Source of the DNA: an uncultured Candidatus Rokubacteria bacterium
GTDB taxonomy: Bacteria > Methylomirabilota > Methylomirabilia > Rokubacteriales > DASRDR01
Reading direction: 5' to 3'
Length of the DNA stretch: 64,000 nucleotides
Assembly (NCBI GenBank): GCA_963805625.1
Contig: CAWDVE010000010.1
Coordinates: 224,001-288,000, forward strand
This document shows positions 63,659 to 64,000 of the stretch, in pieces. How positions within the stretch are numbered: position 1 is the first letter of the stretch; every line of letters begins with the position of its first letter. The position numbers were made by a program, and so were the translations under genes. Below the pieces are notes generated by a model. It did not search any database and was not told the DNA's origin. It was given only the letters and a program-made list of their open reading frames with translations.

Positions 63659-64000
63659 CGTCGTCCTGGCCCTCCTGGCGCTCGGTTACCTGCCGCTGTT
63701 CCTCGTGCGCAAGGTCTGGGGCGCCGGCTACCCGATGGCGCTCCGCGAGCGATTCGGCTTCATCCGCATGCCGCCCCCGCCCGGGCCTAGCGGGCGCTTC
63801 TGGGTGCACGCGGTGTCGGTGGGTGAGGTGATGGCGGCGGTGCCGCTGGTCCAGGCCCTTGCCGCCCGGTGGCCGACGGCCGACATCGTCGTCTCGACCG
63901 TGACGGCCACCGGGGAGCGCGTGGCGCGGGCGCGGCTGGCCGAGACCGTGGTGGCGATGCTCACGTTTCCGCTGGACTTTCGCGGAGCCGTTCGGCGGAC
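63642..64000 (+). CDS. waaA: Kdo transferase, N-terminal part (runs off the window)
   Basis: MYRLYS..., RERFG, FWVHAVSVGEV, STVTATG, FPLDF. Confidence 0.9.
   Translation, partial: MYRLYSVVLALLALGYLPLFLVRKVWGAGYPMALRERFGFIRMPPPPGPSGRFWVHAVSVGEVMAAVPLVQALAARWPTADIVVSTVTATGERVARARLAETVVAMLTFPLDFRGAVRR

Overview
High-GC bacterial chromosomal segment from a diderm organism. The lipid A/Bam/Lol gene order and the expanded small-protein and remnant families suggest Ca. Rokubacteria/Methylomirabilota; this is an inference and was not tested. The window has three parts. (1) 1-9.7 kb: a sigma54 two-component pair with a Met-rich sensor loop, a Cys-cluster membrane protein, tag, nfeD-stomatin and a deleted spermidine-synthase-like gene. 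(2) About 9.8-21 kb: an accessory zone around tRNA-Ala(CGC) with remnants (tyrosine integrase, serine recombinase, DUF1232, PEP-CTERM, ABC substrate-binding), small Zn-finger ORFs, USP, an LLM oxidoreductase, a flap endonuclease, Asp-type murA, candidate sigma54 promoters and an unannotated 43-aa RiPP-precursor-like ORF with its own promoter and RBS. (3) 21-64 kb: a co-oriented core run starting with a His-less pseudo-histidine-kinase plus REC-HD-GYP, then hinT, an M16 peptidase pair, rhomboid, PGM/PMM, tlyA-nadK-recN, secA, smc, an IS630 remnant, rodZ, ftsY, ribD-ribE-ribBA-ribH-nusB, lnt, prfB (+1 frameshift), lysS, lolC/E-lolD, clpC, bamA-skp-lpxD-lpxA-gnnA-like-lpxI-lpxB-DUF374-waaA (partial). 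No CRISPR array or rRNA was seen. All calls come from motif recognition by eye; no searches were run.
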